Shown here: positions 39,155 to 50,319 of the stretch, in pieces
Numbering within the stretch: position 1 is the stretch's first letter
Layout of the letters: the number at the start of each line of letters is the position of its first letter
DNA from: an uncultured virus (IMG/VR IMGVR_UViG_3300030107_005396)
Lineage: Duplodnaviria; Heunggongvirae; Uroviricota; Caudoviricetes
Length of the DNA: 64,000 nt
Virus record (IMG/VR): IMGVR_UViG_3300030107_005396
Direction: 5' to 3' (one strand)
Translations under genes and position numbers: made by a program
The notes under the pieces: model-generated
Seen by the model: only the letters and a program-made list of their open reading frames with translations
Databases searched by the model: none
What the model was told of the DNA's origin: nothing

Positions 39155-42100
39155 TATAGAAATCTATCAAAGCTTAGGAGACCAAGATAAATTGGTCTTC
39201 AGTGAGAGTAATATGGCTGTAGATGGAATGAGGGAAGCCATTGCGAACGTGATGACTTTCATGCCAAACCCAAGCTCTTTGTACGAACCATTTGGAGCAT
39301 CAGGAGCCCGGTCTGTTTCTAGTTATCAAGTACAAGCTATGACGTTAGGTTGTGCAAAAGATTACTATAACCAACGAGACACACGGTTTTGGTATAGTGC
39401 GATGGAAACTTCGGCTACGACTTACTGTCTTCAAAAGCCAAAAACTAACGATGATTTTGAGATGATTGATTCGTGGTCTAGTATTGGACCTAATCAATGG
39501 CAATATTTAAGTAGACAAAACGCTAATATTTTAACTTCCGACTGGGAGACGTTATACAAGTTTCCGGACACAGATTTTAATAGTGTTAGTACACGACAAG
39601 ATGATGTAGAAGGTAAACTCACTTCGGTCACTAGGTATGAGGTAAAAAGAGGACAGCAGCGAGTCACCCTTCGACAACGTGCACCTATTAGATTAGGAGC
39701 AAATTATTTTTTATATTCTAAAGGAAGAGCTTTAAATGCAACTTTTGATTTCCGAATTTGCCGCGGGCGTCAGGGAGAAATATTTGAATATTATGATTTT
39801 AATCAAAATATTTTTGTTAGTAAGACTACGCCCAATACTCAAACCACTCACACTGTTCAATTAGGCACAGCCTATGAAGTAGACGAGTATAGGTTTAAAG
39901 TTCATGGTCATACCACAGACAATCCTTTACAGCCTAATACCCAATATTATGTTGAATATATCTTCCCATCCAAAAACTACGTGGATGAAAATTTTTCTCC
40001 ATGGCAACAGCCTTACCAAGACCCTTATGTGGATATCGTTGATTTGGCTTTATGCGACGGCTCACGACAAATTTTATCAAATCCCAATTTTTTAGAACAT
40101 CAAAGTGTGTTAGTAAATTCGGATTTTACGTCACTTAGAAATTTGAGAGAAGATGAAGTTGTTAATCCAGACTCCGCCAACGAAGCAGGTTTTAGGAATG
40201 CAAATTATTGGTCTTTTATTAACCCTGTTATAGATGCTAGCGACCCGGGACAAAATGATGTATCAAAACAGTTTGCTTCCGTAAGACCAGGCGCTTCATT
40301 TAATCTAGCAAACACTGTATTCTCAGACATGACTAACGGTGTTGTTTTATACACATCCTCATTGGATAATAGTACAAGCTCGTGCGCGGGCGTAAGCCAA
40401 ACTTTTACCCTCAATGATAAATTTAGAAATGTATATGCGTTCCAGAACCCGCTAGACACGTCACCCTTTAACTTAAACCAACCCCCTGGTATAGGACAAT
40501 CTGATAATAACGCTACTTTAATGCTTTCGTTTAAAACCATGGTATCGGGAGCCACAGCTACCCCCGGTAATTTAGGGTCTCTTGATATAGGACTTGTACG
40601 GGACGCAGATGGATTTTCATACGCATTTAGTGCCGATGCCACAACAAACAAACAAGGAAATTTTTCTCCTACAGGAGGAAATAAAAGAATTTCTTATGAT
40701 GCTACTGGGACTTGGTTGGAGGTAAGCGTACCTATTATGTTGGATGCGGATGCCGCTCGCCAATCGTATTCTTTGAACATCAAAGGAACAGGTAGAACAT
40801 CACCCGGAACGGGAGGGTTTGCGTATTACGCTATAAAAGATTTATGCTTAGGACCGATTGAAGGGTGGAGAACTTATAATTATGAGTATAGTAGTTTAGG
40901 TCAATGGAGTTTAAGCTCTAATGGAAATGGGAACGTAGCATCCGGTAATACTTACTCAGCCTTATGTTTCAGTGGACCACGCATTCAATCCTTAGGTACT
41001 TATCAACAAAATGAATACAGCAATGCTTTAAGTTCTAATACTGTTAGAGTTAACCAACTTACCCATAATTTTGTAGGGTTAGAACCTACCAAAACATATA
41101 GACTAGCGGTAAAGGGAACTTATAAAACTAATATACCACATTTTGATTTTACATTAAAAACAAAAGGTCGCGCTAGGGATGCCCGAGGAAATATGAATAT
41201 CCTAAGCAACTACGCAAGCGACCCAGGCTTGGTGAATTATGCACCTTTCAGCGGGGTCAGTGTTCCAGTAGGAAACTTGAACCCTTACTCCAATAACGGT
41301 AAAGCCTTCCGACGTACTTTTGCTAGTTTTGTTAACCCTGTACAAAATCAACGCACGTCTCCTACCGATTGGGGAATACTTTTAAACGCTTCCGGGCAAG
41401 ATGGACATTCTGTTGCGGAAGAACATTGTAGAGGAAATGCAGGCGATTACTTCCTTTCCATGGATGTGATTAATAGAAATCAACATGGCTCTTATTTTGT
41501 ACTGAGCAGTATGAGAGCTTTTGGGGAAAACACCTGTTTCTTTAATTGGGAAAGTGGGGAGTGGGATTTGTTTGCTACTCCTGCAGACAGACCTTATTGG
41601 GGTGGAAGCACCTCAGGTTTATACTTCCTTGAATTGCCTACAGGAAAAACCACCTCTTTCCAATCTTTTAAATACCCTAATAAGATTCCTTTTGGAACCC
41701 CTTTAGAATCTAGGTATTTCGATAACACTGCGAATAACAGCGGCGGTAGAGGAGATTTCAATGTGACCCCTGTATTCTTTGGCCCGTCGGTATCTTCTAC
41801 CGACGAACAAACGTTAGTGAAAAATATTGAACTTCGTGGACCTGGCGTAAATCCTAATGTCGATATTTGGAAAGAACTATATTATCAGTGGAATAACAGT
41901 GGAGATTGGGCATGGCAAAGAATAAACAGACCAGCCATTAAAATTGCTAGTCTTAACTCAGATGCAATAGACACCAACTACCATAATTTCATTGCTTCAC
42001 CTAGCAGCGTCATTACCAATATGTGCTTTTCTGGGTTGGACAGAGACACTGTCTACCAGCTAAACATAAAAGATGTATCTGGAGGTGAGTACGCAATCCA

Positions 42101-43715
42101 TGATATAGCTTTAATTGACACCGCTTACGTCGCTAATACTGGAGCCGACCCTTCCGTACGAGACCCTAATATTTTTACTAGCGAAGCTTACGCTCCTCAA
42201 AGGTACTATGAATACCCTAAAGGAACTGTAATTAAATCTTTTTCAGCTCTATCCCCGAACGGCATTCAAGACCCGTCGTCTGGGATTTTCCCTTACCATT
42301 ACCCACAACCGCCTGTATTCGCTATCAATGAATCCCCGTACATACAAGTTAAGGGTTTGAGGAATGCAGAAGCTACTATGCAAAATATATCACCTTGGTA
42401 TATTAGGAGTTTTACATTAGATGATTATGATTTAGAGGGAGGAGATGAGTTTGCTTTCGGATGGGAGGCTGCTGCTATTCAATTAGCCTCTACTATGACT
42501 GCTTATGTTGCGGTAGAAGCTCGTAACGAAGGGGTTGCGTATAATTACAATTGGAATACCAGCGAGTGGGAGCAAGGTTCAACTCGAAGGGAAAAATCAT
42601 TTAATATTAAAGAGATAGGAATATTAGATGGGGGAGGAGATGCCTTAGATATAGAAACATATGCAGACATAAAGCAATGGACGAATATTGTTACGCCAGG
42701 AATGAAAGCTCCAACCTTTGGACCTAATACAAAAATTATTGCAAGTATGCGCTTTGATGCCGCACACACAACTAGCAATTCTACTCCGGCGGCTAAAAAC
42801 TTTAAGGTATACAGAACTGTCACAGCACGACGACAAGATAATTATGTAACCGCTGGTGACAGACCTCCCGCGGAGTATAGAGTTTCGGGGGATACTTTCC
42901 TCTTTCCTGAATTTCCAAACCCTCAGGACATTTCTTTACAAAGTAAGGGAGCGTCAGGCTCATCATCTGAGTTAGGTCATTTTTTGAACCGTATTAACTT
43001 TTTTGATTTTTCTGCGGGTTACCAAAGCACTTATAGTTCTATCCAACCGTTTAACAACCCTGCGAATCCATCGATTACAGGGGAAAAGACTATGGAAGAA
43101 GCTGTTATGATGGGGTCTTACCTACCTTCAGGACAACCCGGCAATGCCGGTAGCCGCCGAGGTCTATGGATGGAGCCCGGAACTTTTGGTTTATCCGGGG
43201 GTTTACCACAAAAGTTGTTGAGCGGTGTATTAAACACGATGGCAGTCGTTAATAGTGACGGTTATATTTATCGTCACCCTAATACCCCCACGAATGCCAA
43301 TGACGCAAGCGCTGGTTTCGTCGTTTCCTCCTTCTATTTAAGTAGCACGGATTTTGATGGTTGGACCTTTAAACCTAAGACGGTAAGATATGTCTTAAAA
43401 GTGCATAAGGATGATTGGATATTTTTGGATTATTACATGGGAGGACTAGGAGCCTTGGGACTCCACGCTATTGACTATAAGAAGAGCTATGATAAACTGG
43501 GAATGGATTGGCAGGTTAGCTCTTTAACAGCGGCTGGAAGTGAGTATTCGCAAGGTAAACAATTGAACCTATATAATGTAGTTGACCCTTCTCGTAATCC
43601 TGTATTTACATTAACGAATAAAAAAGTAGTGTTTCCTCCAGGATTACATATTGATTACGATAACACGGAATGGCTAACTATAATATGGGATATTAACTTT
43701 ATTAATGGAACTTAG
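39144..43715 (+). CDS. large baseplate / fibre-attachment protein, 1523 aa
   Basis: N- and C-termini resemble the following 203-aa protein; beta-rich insert. Confidence 0.65.
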   Translation: MRGNIEIYQSLGDQDKLVFSESNMAVDGMREAIANVMTFMPNPSSLYEPFGASGARSVSSYQVQAMTLGCAKDYYNQRDTRFWYSAMETSATTYCLQKPKTNDDFEMIDSWSSIGPNQWQYLSRQNANILTSDWETLYKFPDTDFNSVSTRQDDVEGKLTSVTRYEVKRGQQRVTLRQRAPIRLGANYFLYSKGRALNATFDFRICRGRQGEIFEYYDFNQNIFVSKTTPNTQTTHTVQLGTAYEVDEYRFKVHGHTTDNPLQPNTQYYVEYIFPSKNYVDENFSPWQQPYQDPYVDIVDLALCDGSRQILSNPNFLEHQSVLVNSDFTSLRNLREDEVVNPDSANEAGFRNANYWSFINPVIDASDPGQNDVSKQFASVRPGASFNLANTVFSDMTNGVVLYTSSLDNSTSSCAGVSQTFTLNDKFRNVYAFQNPLDTSPFNLNQPPGIGQSDNNATLMLSFKTMVSGATATPGNLGSLDIGLVRDADGFSYAFSADATTNKQGNFSPTGGNKRISYDATGTWLEVSVPIMLDADAARQSYSLNIKGTGRTSPGTGGFAYYAIKDLCLGPIEGWRTYNYEYSSLGQWSLSSNGNGNVASGNTYSALCFSGPRIQSLGTYQQNEYSNALSSNTVRVNQLTHNFVGLEPTKTYRLAVKGTYKTNIPHFDFTLKTKGRARDARGNMNILSNYASDPGLVNYAPFSGVSVPVGNLNPYSNNGKAFRRTFASFVNPVQNQRTSPTDWGILLNASGQDGHSVAEEHCRGNAGDYFLSMDVINRNQHGSYFVLSSMRAFGENTCFFNWESGEWDLFATPADRPYWGGSTSGLYFLELPTGKTTSFQSFKYPNKIPFGTPLESRYFDNTANNSGGRGDFNVTPVFFGPSVSSTDEQTLVKNIELRGPGVNPNVDIWKELYYQWNNSGDWAWQRINRPAIKIASLNSDAIDTNYHNFIASPSSVITNMCFSGLDRDTVYQLNIKDVSGGEYAIHDIALIDTAYVANTGADPSVRDPNIFTSEAYAPQRYYEYPKGTVIKSFSALSPNGIQDPSSGIFPYHYPQPPVFAINESPYIQVKGLRNAEATMQNISPWYIRSFTLDDYDLEGGDEFAFGWEAAAIQLASTMTAYVAVEARNEGVAYNYNWNTSEWEQGSTRREKSFNIKEIGILDGGGDALDIETYADIKQWTNIVTPGMKAPTFGPNTKIIASMRFDAAHTTSNSTPAAKNFKVYRTVTARRQDNYVTAGDRPPAEYRVSGDTFLFPEFPNPQDISLQSKGASGSSSELGHFLNRINFFDFSAGYQSTYSSIQPFNNPANPSITGEKTMEEAVMMGSYLPSGQPGNAGSRRGLWMEPGTFGLSGGLPQKLLSGVLNTMAVVNSDGYIYRHPNTPTNANDASAGFVVSSFYLSSTDFDGWTFKPKTVRYVLKVHKDDWIFLDYYMGGLGALGLHAIDYKKSYDKLGMDWQVSSLTAAGSEYSQGKQLNLYNVVDPSRNPVFTLTNKKVVFPPGLHIDYDNTEWLTIIWDINFINGT

Positions 43716-43717
43716 AT

Positions 43718-44329
43718 ATGAAATTTGCTGACTACACAGACCCGACAGGACATTTAGAGATTTGGAAATACTTTCCAGATGGGACCAAAGAATTGCACTG
43801 GCAAGACCAGAACGTTATTTGTAGTGGCATGGGCGCGACCCTAGCCGAAATGTTTGATGCTCCTCCGACCGCTGACGTAGATGATTTTCAAATTATTTAT
43901 TTTAAAGTTGGTGTGTCCGGTTATGACGGTTTGCAAGTTTCGGGAACAGCGGACGTATCCTCCGCACTCACTCAGTCACAGTATGGAGACGGTGGGTTAG
44001 ATGTATCAGTTCATAATTTAATTGAGAACGGTTCGGTCAATACAAGTACCGGAGGAAAAACCACTTTTGGAGTTATTCCTTATTCCTATATTAAACGGGT
44101 TACGGATACCAAATGTATGTGGCAAATAGTGTTAGACGAACAAACCGCAAACGTAGCAGATGACGGAGGTCCGGGAGGCGCGGAAGCGCTCAACGAAGTT
44201 GGCTTGTATAGTAAAAATCCTTATAGACAATCTACTAAGGGCTCGATGCTTTGTGCATATAGATATTTTAAACCAGTATATAAATCAGATGCGTTTATTT
44301 TGGTTTTCCGATGGACGATTGAATTCTAA
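43718..44329 (+). CDS. baseplate / tail-collar protein
   Basis: GHLEI, NVICSG, LNEVGLY, AYRYF.PV.K, FRWTIEF are typical of tail-collar / fibre-anchor domains. Confidence 0.7.
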   Translation: MKFADYTDPTGHLEIWKYFPDGTKELHWQDQNVICSGMGATLAEMFDAPPTADVDDFQIIYFKVGVSGYDGLQVSGTADVSSALTQSQYGDGGLDVSVHNLIENGSVNTSTGGKTTFGVIPYSYIKRVTDTKCMWQIVLDEQTANVADDGGPGGAEALNEVGLYSKNPYRQSTKGSMLCAYRYFKPVYKSDAFILVFRWTIEF

Positions 44330-47300
44330 TGGTAAGTTTCAAAAATGTTAGTAGTGTAGGAGGCAACGGTATAGTTCCTCTTGCGTTTGAGGATTATGTA
44401 CCTAAGTACGACGCCAGTTCTTTTTATAACTGGGAACAGGATAATATTCCTTTATGGTCGTTAGAAGAAAGAGACAACACTCTTTATAACTTGATGGGTT
44501 CCCCTGGTGGAAACCCTGAGGGGGTAACGTTTACATTATCTTCGACAGGAAATTTTGACGAGTCCAAGGCGGTATTCGATAATATAGAAGATATTATTGA
44601 ACGTATACCCAAAAGACTTAAGTTCCCGGTACTTATTGAATTATGTGCTTACGGTAATTTAGGTAAATTAGAATTAGCTAATATCACCTGTGAAGGTAAC
44701 GGAAAGTTAGAGATTAGAAACAAAGCATATTTTGAAGGCGTTAATGCATCAGCCAACGTAGTATCCAATGTTGATACTGATGCGGTGGGGACTATCTCCA
44801 CAGTGAGTGGCGTATATTCTAGAGACGCTTCTTCACAAATGCTTGGAGCTTCCTCCACTCGATTAGGAGTTGTATTTGGTAATAACGATAGTCTATGGAA
44901 AGACGGTAGCCGTATTTTCTGTATGCAAGGACCAGACTCCACTCGTGAGGCTAATAACCTCACCGTTCATATTGGGCAAGGAGGAGCAATCGCAGGCGCA
45001 CAAGCCGTCGGCGCTGGTTCTTTAGATACTAATGGACAATACGCTTTGAGTGCCTGGGGATATGCACAAGATTACACGACTCGTGCCGGAGACGCAATTC
45101 CTTTTTGGGGCTCTGGGGAACCTGTAGTAGGAGTAAGATACAATAACTCAGGCAGGAAGGACCATTGGATGATGAAAAATGGTACTTTTACCGACGGTAA
45201 ACGAGAAAATAAATTAACGATGGGGCAAAGCACTATGTTTGGTGCGGGAAATTATTTTTCATCTGTTAAAGTAAAAGATTGCCAAGGAACTATTATCCTG
45301 CGAAATCTTGTGGTAGATGGTTCTAATAATACAGTCGATGCTGTAGGAGATGGAGGAGTTAACCTCAACGATTACGGATTTGAAATTGATGGTAGCGAAG
45401 TGTACTTAGATAACACTGCGTCTATTAAAAATAAAAAGGCTGGTTATTTTGCGAAGAACGCTCGGTTAAAAATTACTGGGCATTGCCTGGCGTGGAGAAA
45501 TTACTTTAAAGATGGAAATTCGACTGAACAAAAATATAGAAGTAATGCAAACCGTAAATCAGACGGAGCTGGAATGTATTGTATTAATACGGACATCGAA
45601 TTCGATTCAACGGCTTATGAGAACAGTAGAAAATATCTCAACTGGTTTGGGAAAAGCGAGTATGGAATACAACTCAAAAACTCTACTGTTAGAGGAGGTA
45701 TTTACTCTACAATAACATCCGCTCTACCGTCAGCCGGTTCCTTACTTTCAGGAATAGATGCTACTGACGGTGCTAGTATTTCTCTTTTGGATTGCTCAGG
45801 TTCAGGAGGAGATACAATGACTACGATAATTAATACTCCTGATTGTAACACGGCTGGAATTTATTTAGAAGGAAGCGATTTTGAGTTTTATGGAAGAATT
45901 AATTCCTACTTAAACCAAGGTGACGGTATTAGAGCGGTTCGCTCTCAATTAAATTTATCGCAATTCACTGTTAATCATAATGGTGGTGTAGGAATAAATC
46001 TTGAGTCATCTAATTTAATATATGGATTTGGGATTGATGATTTAGCCACGGATGTAGGTGCTGCTAATTATTCCAAACCAGACCAGTATTATTTCGGACC
46101 TAATACTTGGAGAAGAGACGTGCTTCTACCTAACCAAAATACGTTTGGAAATAGTACGGGTTCTAATACACTTCGTCCCCGAAACCGTGCTCAATTCCAC
46201 TGCTCGGAGAACAATCAAAATATTGTAATTAATAAATCTTCGTCAATCTCCCCTGTTGAATTAGACAACAAACCAAAATATCTTGGCCGATGGGGCGGTG
46301 CTGACTGGAGAAGCAATGACTCAGGAAGTGACGCCGGTATTGGACAATTAGGTGCTAAACTTAATCCAATGAATAATTTTGGAGCCACGCCGTACCGTCA
46401 ACAAAACTTACCTGGGATATTAGTGACCAATAATTCTGATGCGGAGTTGTTAGGGGTTAACTATGCTGTTTCTTCCTCTGACACCGGTAAAGGAAAAGTT
46501 GCTATCGCTTCTAATGGGTCTAACATTACTTTCCGGGGTACCGCTTCGGGTGTAACCAACCTCACTTATTATCCTGTAGCTACAGCGGGGGAACAATTTA
46601 GAAGCTGGTTAGCCGCTGGAGTAGTAGCTGACCGAAATTCTACTGTAGAGTTTACGGGACCTACCAAACTTTCTAGATTCGGAGTGCCTATTTTAGGAGA
46701 GGATAATTCTAATGTTAGTATCAACCCTCCTACGTTAGCCGGGACTGATAGAATTCTAGATGTATCGGGTTATGAGTTATTAGGCGATGTTACTACTTCG
46801 TCCAACCATACCTCCCTAGAAGTTCACTCCACACGCTCATGCGCGGTAGTAAACAGAAATTCGAGCTTACGTTTATATGCTCTCGGTGGTAGGGTTGTAG
46901 GTACCAGTGACGGTAACGAAGCATTCAACTCTGTTGACGTTTTAGCAACAGGCTATGCTGACGCTTTGTTAAAAGACGAGTTTAATCAATTCCAACACGC
47001 TACTTCTGGTGGACATGTTAAATTTTATCCTAACGGATTTACGAGCGGGATAGGTGCTTACTCCCCATTAACCAAGGGAGTTAGTTTAGCATCCTTTAAT
47101 GATGATGTTTTTGATATAACGAAAAATTATCTTCTTAATAATAATGCAGCTACCACCGCCTACAATCGTCACGAAGCAGGAACCACAGGTGGTATGTGCG
47201 TCAGAGCTACCGGAGGAAGTAATGTTGATGCTAACCTAGTTAATTTCCTTATGTGGGTATCCCCGAGTTCTGTATCGGGTGCCATTTATAATTACAATGG

Positions 47301-48696
47301 CTTAGCATGTGAAAACGCAGTGGATGTACAACCTCCTATCACTAATGGCACTGGAGGAGCTATATCTACTCCGACGTCACCTGTACCTATTCCTCCAGAT
47401 GCAGGCACCCCTCCAGGGGATATAGACAGTGCAGGAAACGCTGCGGGTGGTAGATACGGTACTTTACGTGACGGAGGAAGAGATGGAGTTATTGTTGATG
47501 ACTCTGAAACTAACGTTGTTGGCGCCTATCTTAACCGGGAAGGTCAAGGTCAGTCTTACGCTACAGTAGGTACGGGCAACAGTGATGATAATAATTTTAT
47601 TCAAACTGAGCCTAATCCCGGTAGCCCAAATACCATAGGTGACCAAATAGGGATTGATGCTGCGTCTAATGGTTTAGGTGCTATGGGCTACACGAATAGA
47701 ATTGGAATGTATATGAGAAAGCCTGACGATTCAGCTTATTCATATGATTTAAGCAAAGAGGTAAGCTGTATGGGGAGCCCAATCCACATGTGGAATGTTG
47801 CGGACACCTCACGTATACATGCGTCCAACTGTTTGATAAATGGGGGTGACCCTAGAACTATTTGCCAAGGTGATAGTGATAGTGGCGCTAATGCGCAAAA
47901 TTTCCACGGACCATCTGGAAAATGGTGGAACGGAGTATCTTTAGATTATTTTGGAGCGGGGGGTCGTCGAACCACTTATGGACAACTAGACCAAAACTTC
48001 CATAATAATGGTATTTTCCGTTTGGTGCTATCCACTAGAGGAGATTTAAAAGGAATGTACGATGTTAGTGCGTTAAGCGGAACGACCACCGGTGCGCAAG
48101 GATGGAATTCTACAGCGCTGTCTGGAGGTTCTTTCGCAGACCAAGCAAATGGTCAAGGATATACTCATTGGACTGCTAATACTAGAATGTTAGCTGGTGC
48201 GGATGACCTTCATAGAGCTATCACTGGAGGGGATTCCGACATGCCAGGAGGGATTTACTCCTTATCTTCATGTTTACGTGTCTTTGGGTGGGGACTACCT
48301 GCACGTATGCCAAATGAAGGTGTCGCGACGATGGCACCACGATTAGGTGCTTTTAGCTCTTTTAACGCCACTTCTTCTACTGCTTCTTATGATAATGCAT
48401 GGATAGCGGATATGCCCGCAACTCCGATGCCTATCCCTCCTCTTCATATGGATTGGCAGGGTTATATGAGAAATTGGTTCGATGATTCGGCATCCAATAC
48501 TTTCCAAAACGTTAAACACTTAGCGGAGGATAAAGTTAACGGAGTTTCGATATATCGGTCCAACCGTGGGGGATTTGCAGGAGGAGAGGGACGAGAACCC
48601 GGACACTCCACCTCCTATGAACCGGGGTCTACTATGGTCTCATTCGGAGCGGGAGTACGCTCAATGAACTTGTTCGACTTTGAGAGGTTAATGTAA
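44329..48696 (+). CDS. tail spike / fibre with right-handed beta-helix (pectate-lyase-like) repeats
   Basis: IEDIIERIPK..PVLIEL cap; repeated N..GI.L..S units; G/N/S-rich; 1455 aa. Confidence 0.65.
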   Translation: MVSFKNVSSVGGNGIVPLAFEDYVPKYDASSFYNWEQDNIPLWSLEERDNTLYNLMGSPGGNPEGVTFTLSSTGNFDESKAVFDNIEDIIERIPKRLKFPVLIELCAYGNLGKLELANITCEGNGKLEIRNKAYFEGVNASANVVSNVDTDAVGTISTVSGVYSRDASSQMLGASSTRLGVVFGNNDSLWKDGSRIFCMQGPDSTREANNLTVHIGQGGAIAGAQAVGAGSLDTNGQYALSAWGYAQDYTTRAGDAIPFWGSGEPVVGVRYNNSGRKDHWMMKNGTFTDGKRENKLTMGQSTMFGAGNYFSSVKVKDCQGTIILRNLVVDGSNNTVDAVGDGGVNLNDYGFEIDGSEVYLDNTASIKNKKAGYFAKNARLKITGHCLAWRNYFKDGNSTEQKYRSNANRKSDGAGMYCINTDIEFDSTAYENSRKYLNWFGKSEYGIQLKNSTVRGGIYSTITSALPSAGSLLSGIDATDGASISLLDCSGSGGDTMTTIINTPDCNTAGIYLEGSDFEFYGRINSYLNQGDGIRAVRSQLNLSQFTVNHNGGVGINLESSNLIYGFGIDDLATDVGAANYSKPDQYYFGPNTWRRDVLLPNQNTFGNSTGSNTLRPRNRAQFHCSENNQNIVINKSSSISPVELDNKPKYLGRWGGADWRSNDSGSDAGIGQLGAKLNPMNNFGATPYRQQNLPGILVTNNSDAELLGVNYAVSSSDTGKGKVAIASNGSNITFRGTASGVTNLTYYPVATAGEQFRSWLAAGVVADRNSTVEFTGPTKLSRFGVPILGEDNSNVSINPPTLAGTDRILDVSGYELLGDVTTSSNHTSLEVHSTRSCAVVNRNSSLRLYALGGRVVGTSDGNEAFNSVDVLATGYADALLKDEFNQFQHATSGGHVKFYPNGFTSGIGAYSPLTKGVSLASFNDDVFDITKNYLLNNNAATTAYNRHEAGTTGGMCVRATGGSNVDANLVNFLMWVSPSSVSGAIYNYNGLACENAVDVQPPITNGTGGAISTPTSPVPIPPDAGTPPGDIDSAGNAAGGRYGTLRDGGRDGVIVDDSETNVVGAYLNREGQGQSYATVGTGNSDDNNFIQTEPNPGSPNTIGDQIGIDAASNGLGAMGYTNRIGMYMRKPDDSAYSYDLSKEVSCMGSPIHMWNVADTSRIHASNCLINGGDPRTICQGDSDSGANAQNFHGPSGKWWNGVSLDYFGAGGRRTTYGQLDQNFHNNGIFRLVLSTRGDLKGMYDVSALSGTTTGAQGWNSTALSGGSFADQANGQGYTHWTANTRMLAGADDLHRAITGGDSDMPGGIYSLSSCLRVFGWGLPARMPNEGVATMAPRLGAFSSFNATSSTASYDNAWIADMPATPMPIPPLHMDWQGYMRNWFDDSASNTFQNVKHLAEDKVNGVSIYRSNRGGFAGGEGREPGHSTSYEPGSTMVSFGAGVRSMNLFDFERLM

Positions 48697-50270
48697 TGGC
48701 TGAAAGAATTAACGAAGATATTAGATTTTATTTACCGGCTGACCCATATTACTATCAGGTAGATAACCTACCATTAGAGGATTTGGTCACAAATGATATT
48801 CGTCTCCAGGACCAGATTGACGAGTTACGGGCGAGTGATGTCGGGGAAACTATTTCTAGGAGCGGTTTCTCAGAACTACAACCTTTTATTGATGATGGAA
48901 TACCAGGGACTATTACCGTCCGTCCTGGAAGTTTTATAGGTAGAACCCAACGGACCGCGGACGGTACTTTTGTAGGAGGAGCCAACGTTCTTCAATTTGC
49001 TCAAGGTATTCCAGAAATGAATACCCCTCCCACTATTCCAGGAGAAGAATATAATACGGGCAATCCTCCTAATGTTGACCAACACGGAGCTAATCAAGTA
49101 GGAAGAACTTCTTTTTTCCAATTTAATGGAGGTAGTGTTCCTATTGATAGTTTTGATTTTAACGGTTTTGAAAATAGAAGTGAAAGCACAGAAACTAATG
49201 CTCCTCAAGCGCGTATTGATTTAGTAGGTATTACCACGGTTGAAGGTGCTTTTGATGACCCGTTTGTTCCCGGCAATGATACGGGAGCAGCTATAACAGG
49301 CGACGGTCACCCTAGATTGTGTGTTGTTAAAGGGGCGGGTTTAATATCAACCAACGGAAACAAAAGAACAGTCAAGATAGGAGAAAAATATATAACCTTA
49401 GCAAATCCTTCTACATCATTGAACTCGTACGGAAGAGATTTTGAAGGGAATATAGTTTCTGACCCTGAATTTGGAAGTGTTCCAAGTCCTGACGATGTAA
49501 TAAATGTATGCGTATCACGAAATGATATTCAAGAATCTTTACAAGATTGGGTAAACAACAATGTTAACTCTTCCTTTTTTCTTCCTTTAGCTTATGTGTT
49601 CGTACCACAAACCCACGTTGAAGGGAATAACATACCGTCTCAGTATTTAAAAGATATTAGACCTTTCTTCAGAACGACAGAACTGTCCGTATCTGAGAGA
49701 CAAGCTGTAGCAGCTTCTATTAATCCTAGTGTTCAAAACCCTTTAGTTACTACCAGCCATTTAACAGGCGTTACAGAGGATATTGTTGATAATTTAAATA
49801 CGCAAATACAATCTTTAACTAATCGTATAAATTCTATTCGCACGATGAGGAATTATTATTTAGAGACACCACAAAGAATTTTGCAGGACGACAATATGGG
49901 AAGTTTTAGCAACCCTAGCGTTATTAATATCTCCTCCCACCTCATACATAACGCTTCAGATATAGACACATATTTTTTCTATGTAGTGCCTACTGGCGAT
50001 AGTTTGGATGACCAAGGTGATTCTCAACATTGGGTGTTGATGAGAAGTGGTCCTCCATCTACTAACACTTCAACTGCTTATCAACAAATATTTAATTATC
50101 GTATCCGCAGCGAAGCTAGCTTTGGCAGCGGTGATTCTAGAGGACAAACAACCGCTAACTTTTTTCAAGTACCTTCGCAAGGAGCTAGTAATGTATCTTT
50201 TGCCACTAACGGTCGGAGTTTGTCGGTAAAGGTGTATCTCCTGGGCTATTCATTTTATGATACTCCTTAA
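48696..50270 (+). CDS. tail fibre-associated protein
   Basis: YYQVDNLPL anchor; RIDLV, LPLAYV and DIRPFF motifs; short coiled coil; C-terminal beta domain. Confidence 0.65.
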   Translation: MAERINEDIRFYLPADPYYYQVDNLPLEDLVTNDIRLQDQIDELRASDVGETISRSGFSELQPFIDDGIPGTITVRPGSFIGRTQRTADGTFVGGANVLQFAQGIPEMNTPPTIPGEEYNTGNPPNVDQHGANQVGRTSFFQFNGGSVPIDSFDFNGFENRSESTETNAPQARIDLVGITTVEGAFDDPFVPGNDTGAAITGDGHPRLCVVKGAGLISTNGNKRTVKIGEKYITLANPSTSLNSYGRDFEGNIVSDPEFGSVPSPDDVINVCVSRNDIQESLQDWVNNNVNSSFFLPLAYVFVPQTHVEGNNIPSQYLKDIRPFFRTTELSVSERQAVAASINPSVQNPLVTTSHLTGVTEDIVDNLNTQIQSLTNRINSIRTMRNYYLETPQRILQDDNMGSFSNPSVINISSHLIHNASDIDTYFFYVVPTGDSLDDQGDSQHWVLMRSGPPSTNTSTAYQQIFNYRIRSEASFGSGDSRGQTTANFFQVPSQGASNVSFATNGRSLSVKVYLLGYSFYDTP

Positions 50271-50319
50271 TTTTTGTTTTTTTAATTTATTTTTTTAATA
50301 AAACCTATATAATAAAGTC

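Noticed and set aside
19045..49208. Many 60-150 aa antisense or alternate-frame ORFs inside large structural genes
   Set aside because: Fully nested in well-supported CDSs, with no start signals or recognisable motifs
44329..50270. Diversity-generating retroelement or invertible fibre cassette
   Set aside because: No reverse transcriptase, recombinase or near-identical repeat pair noticed; a self-dot-plot would be needed to exclude it fully
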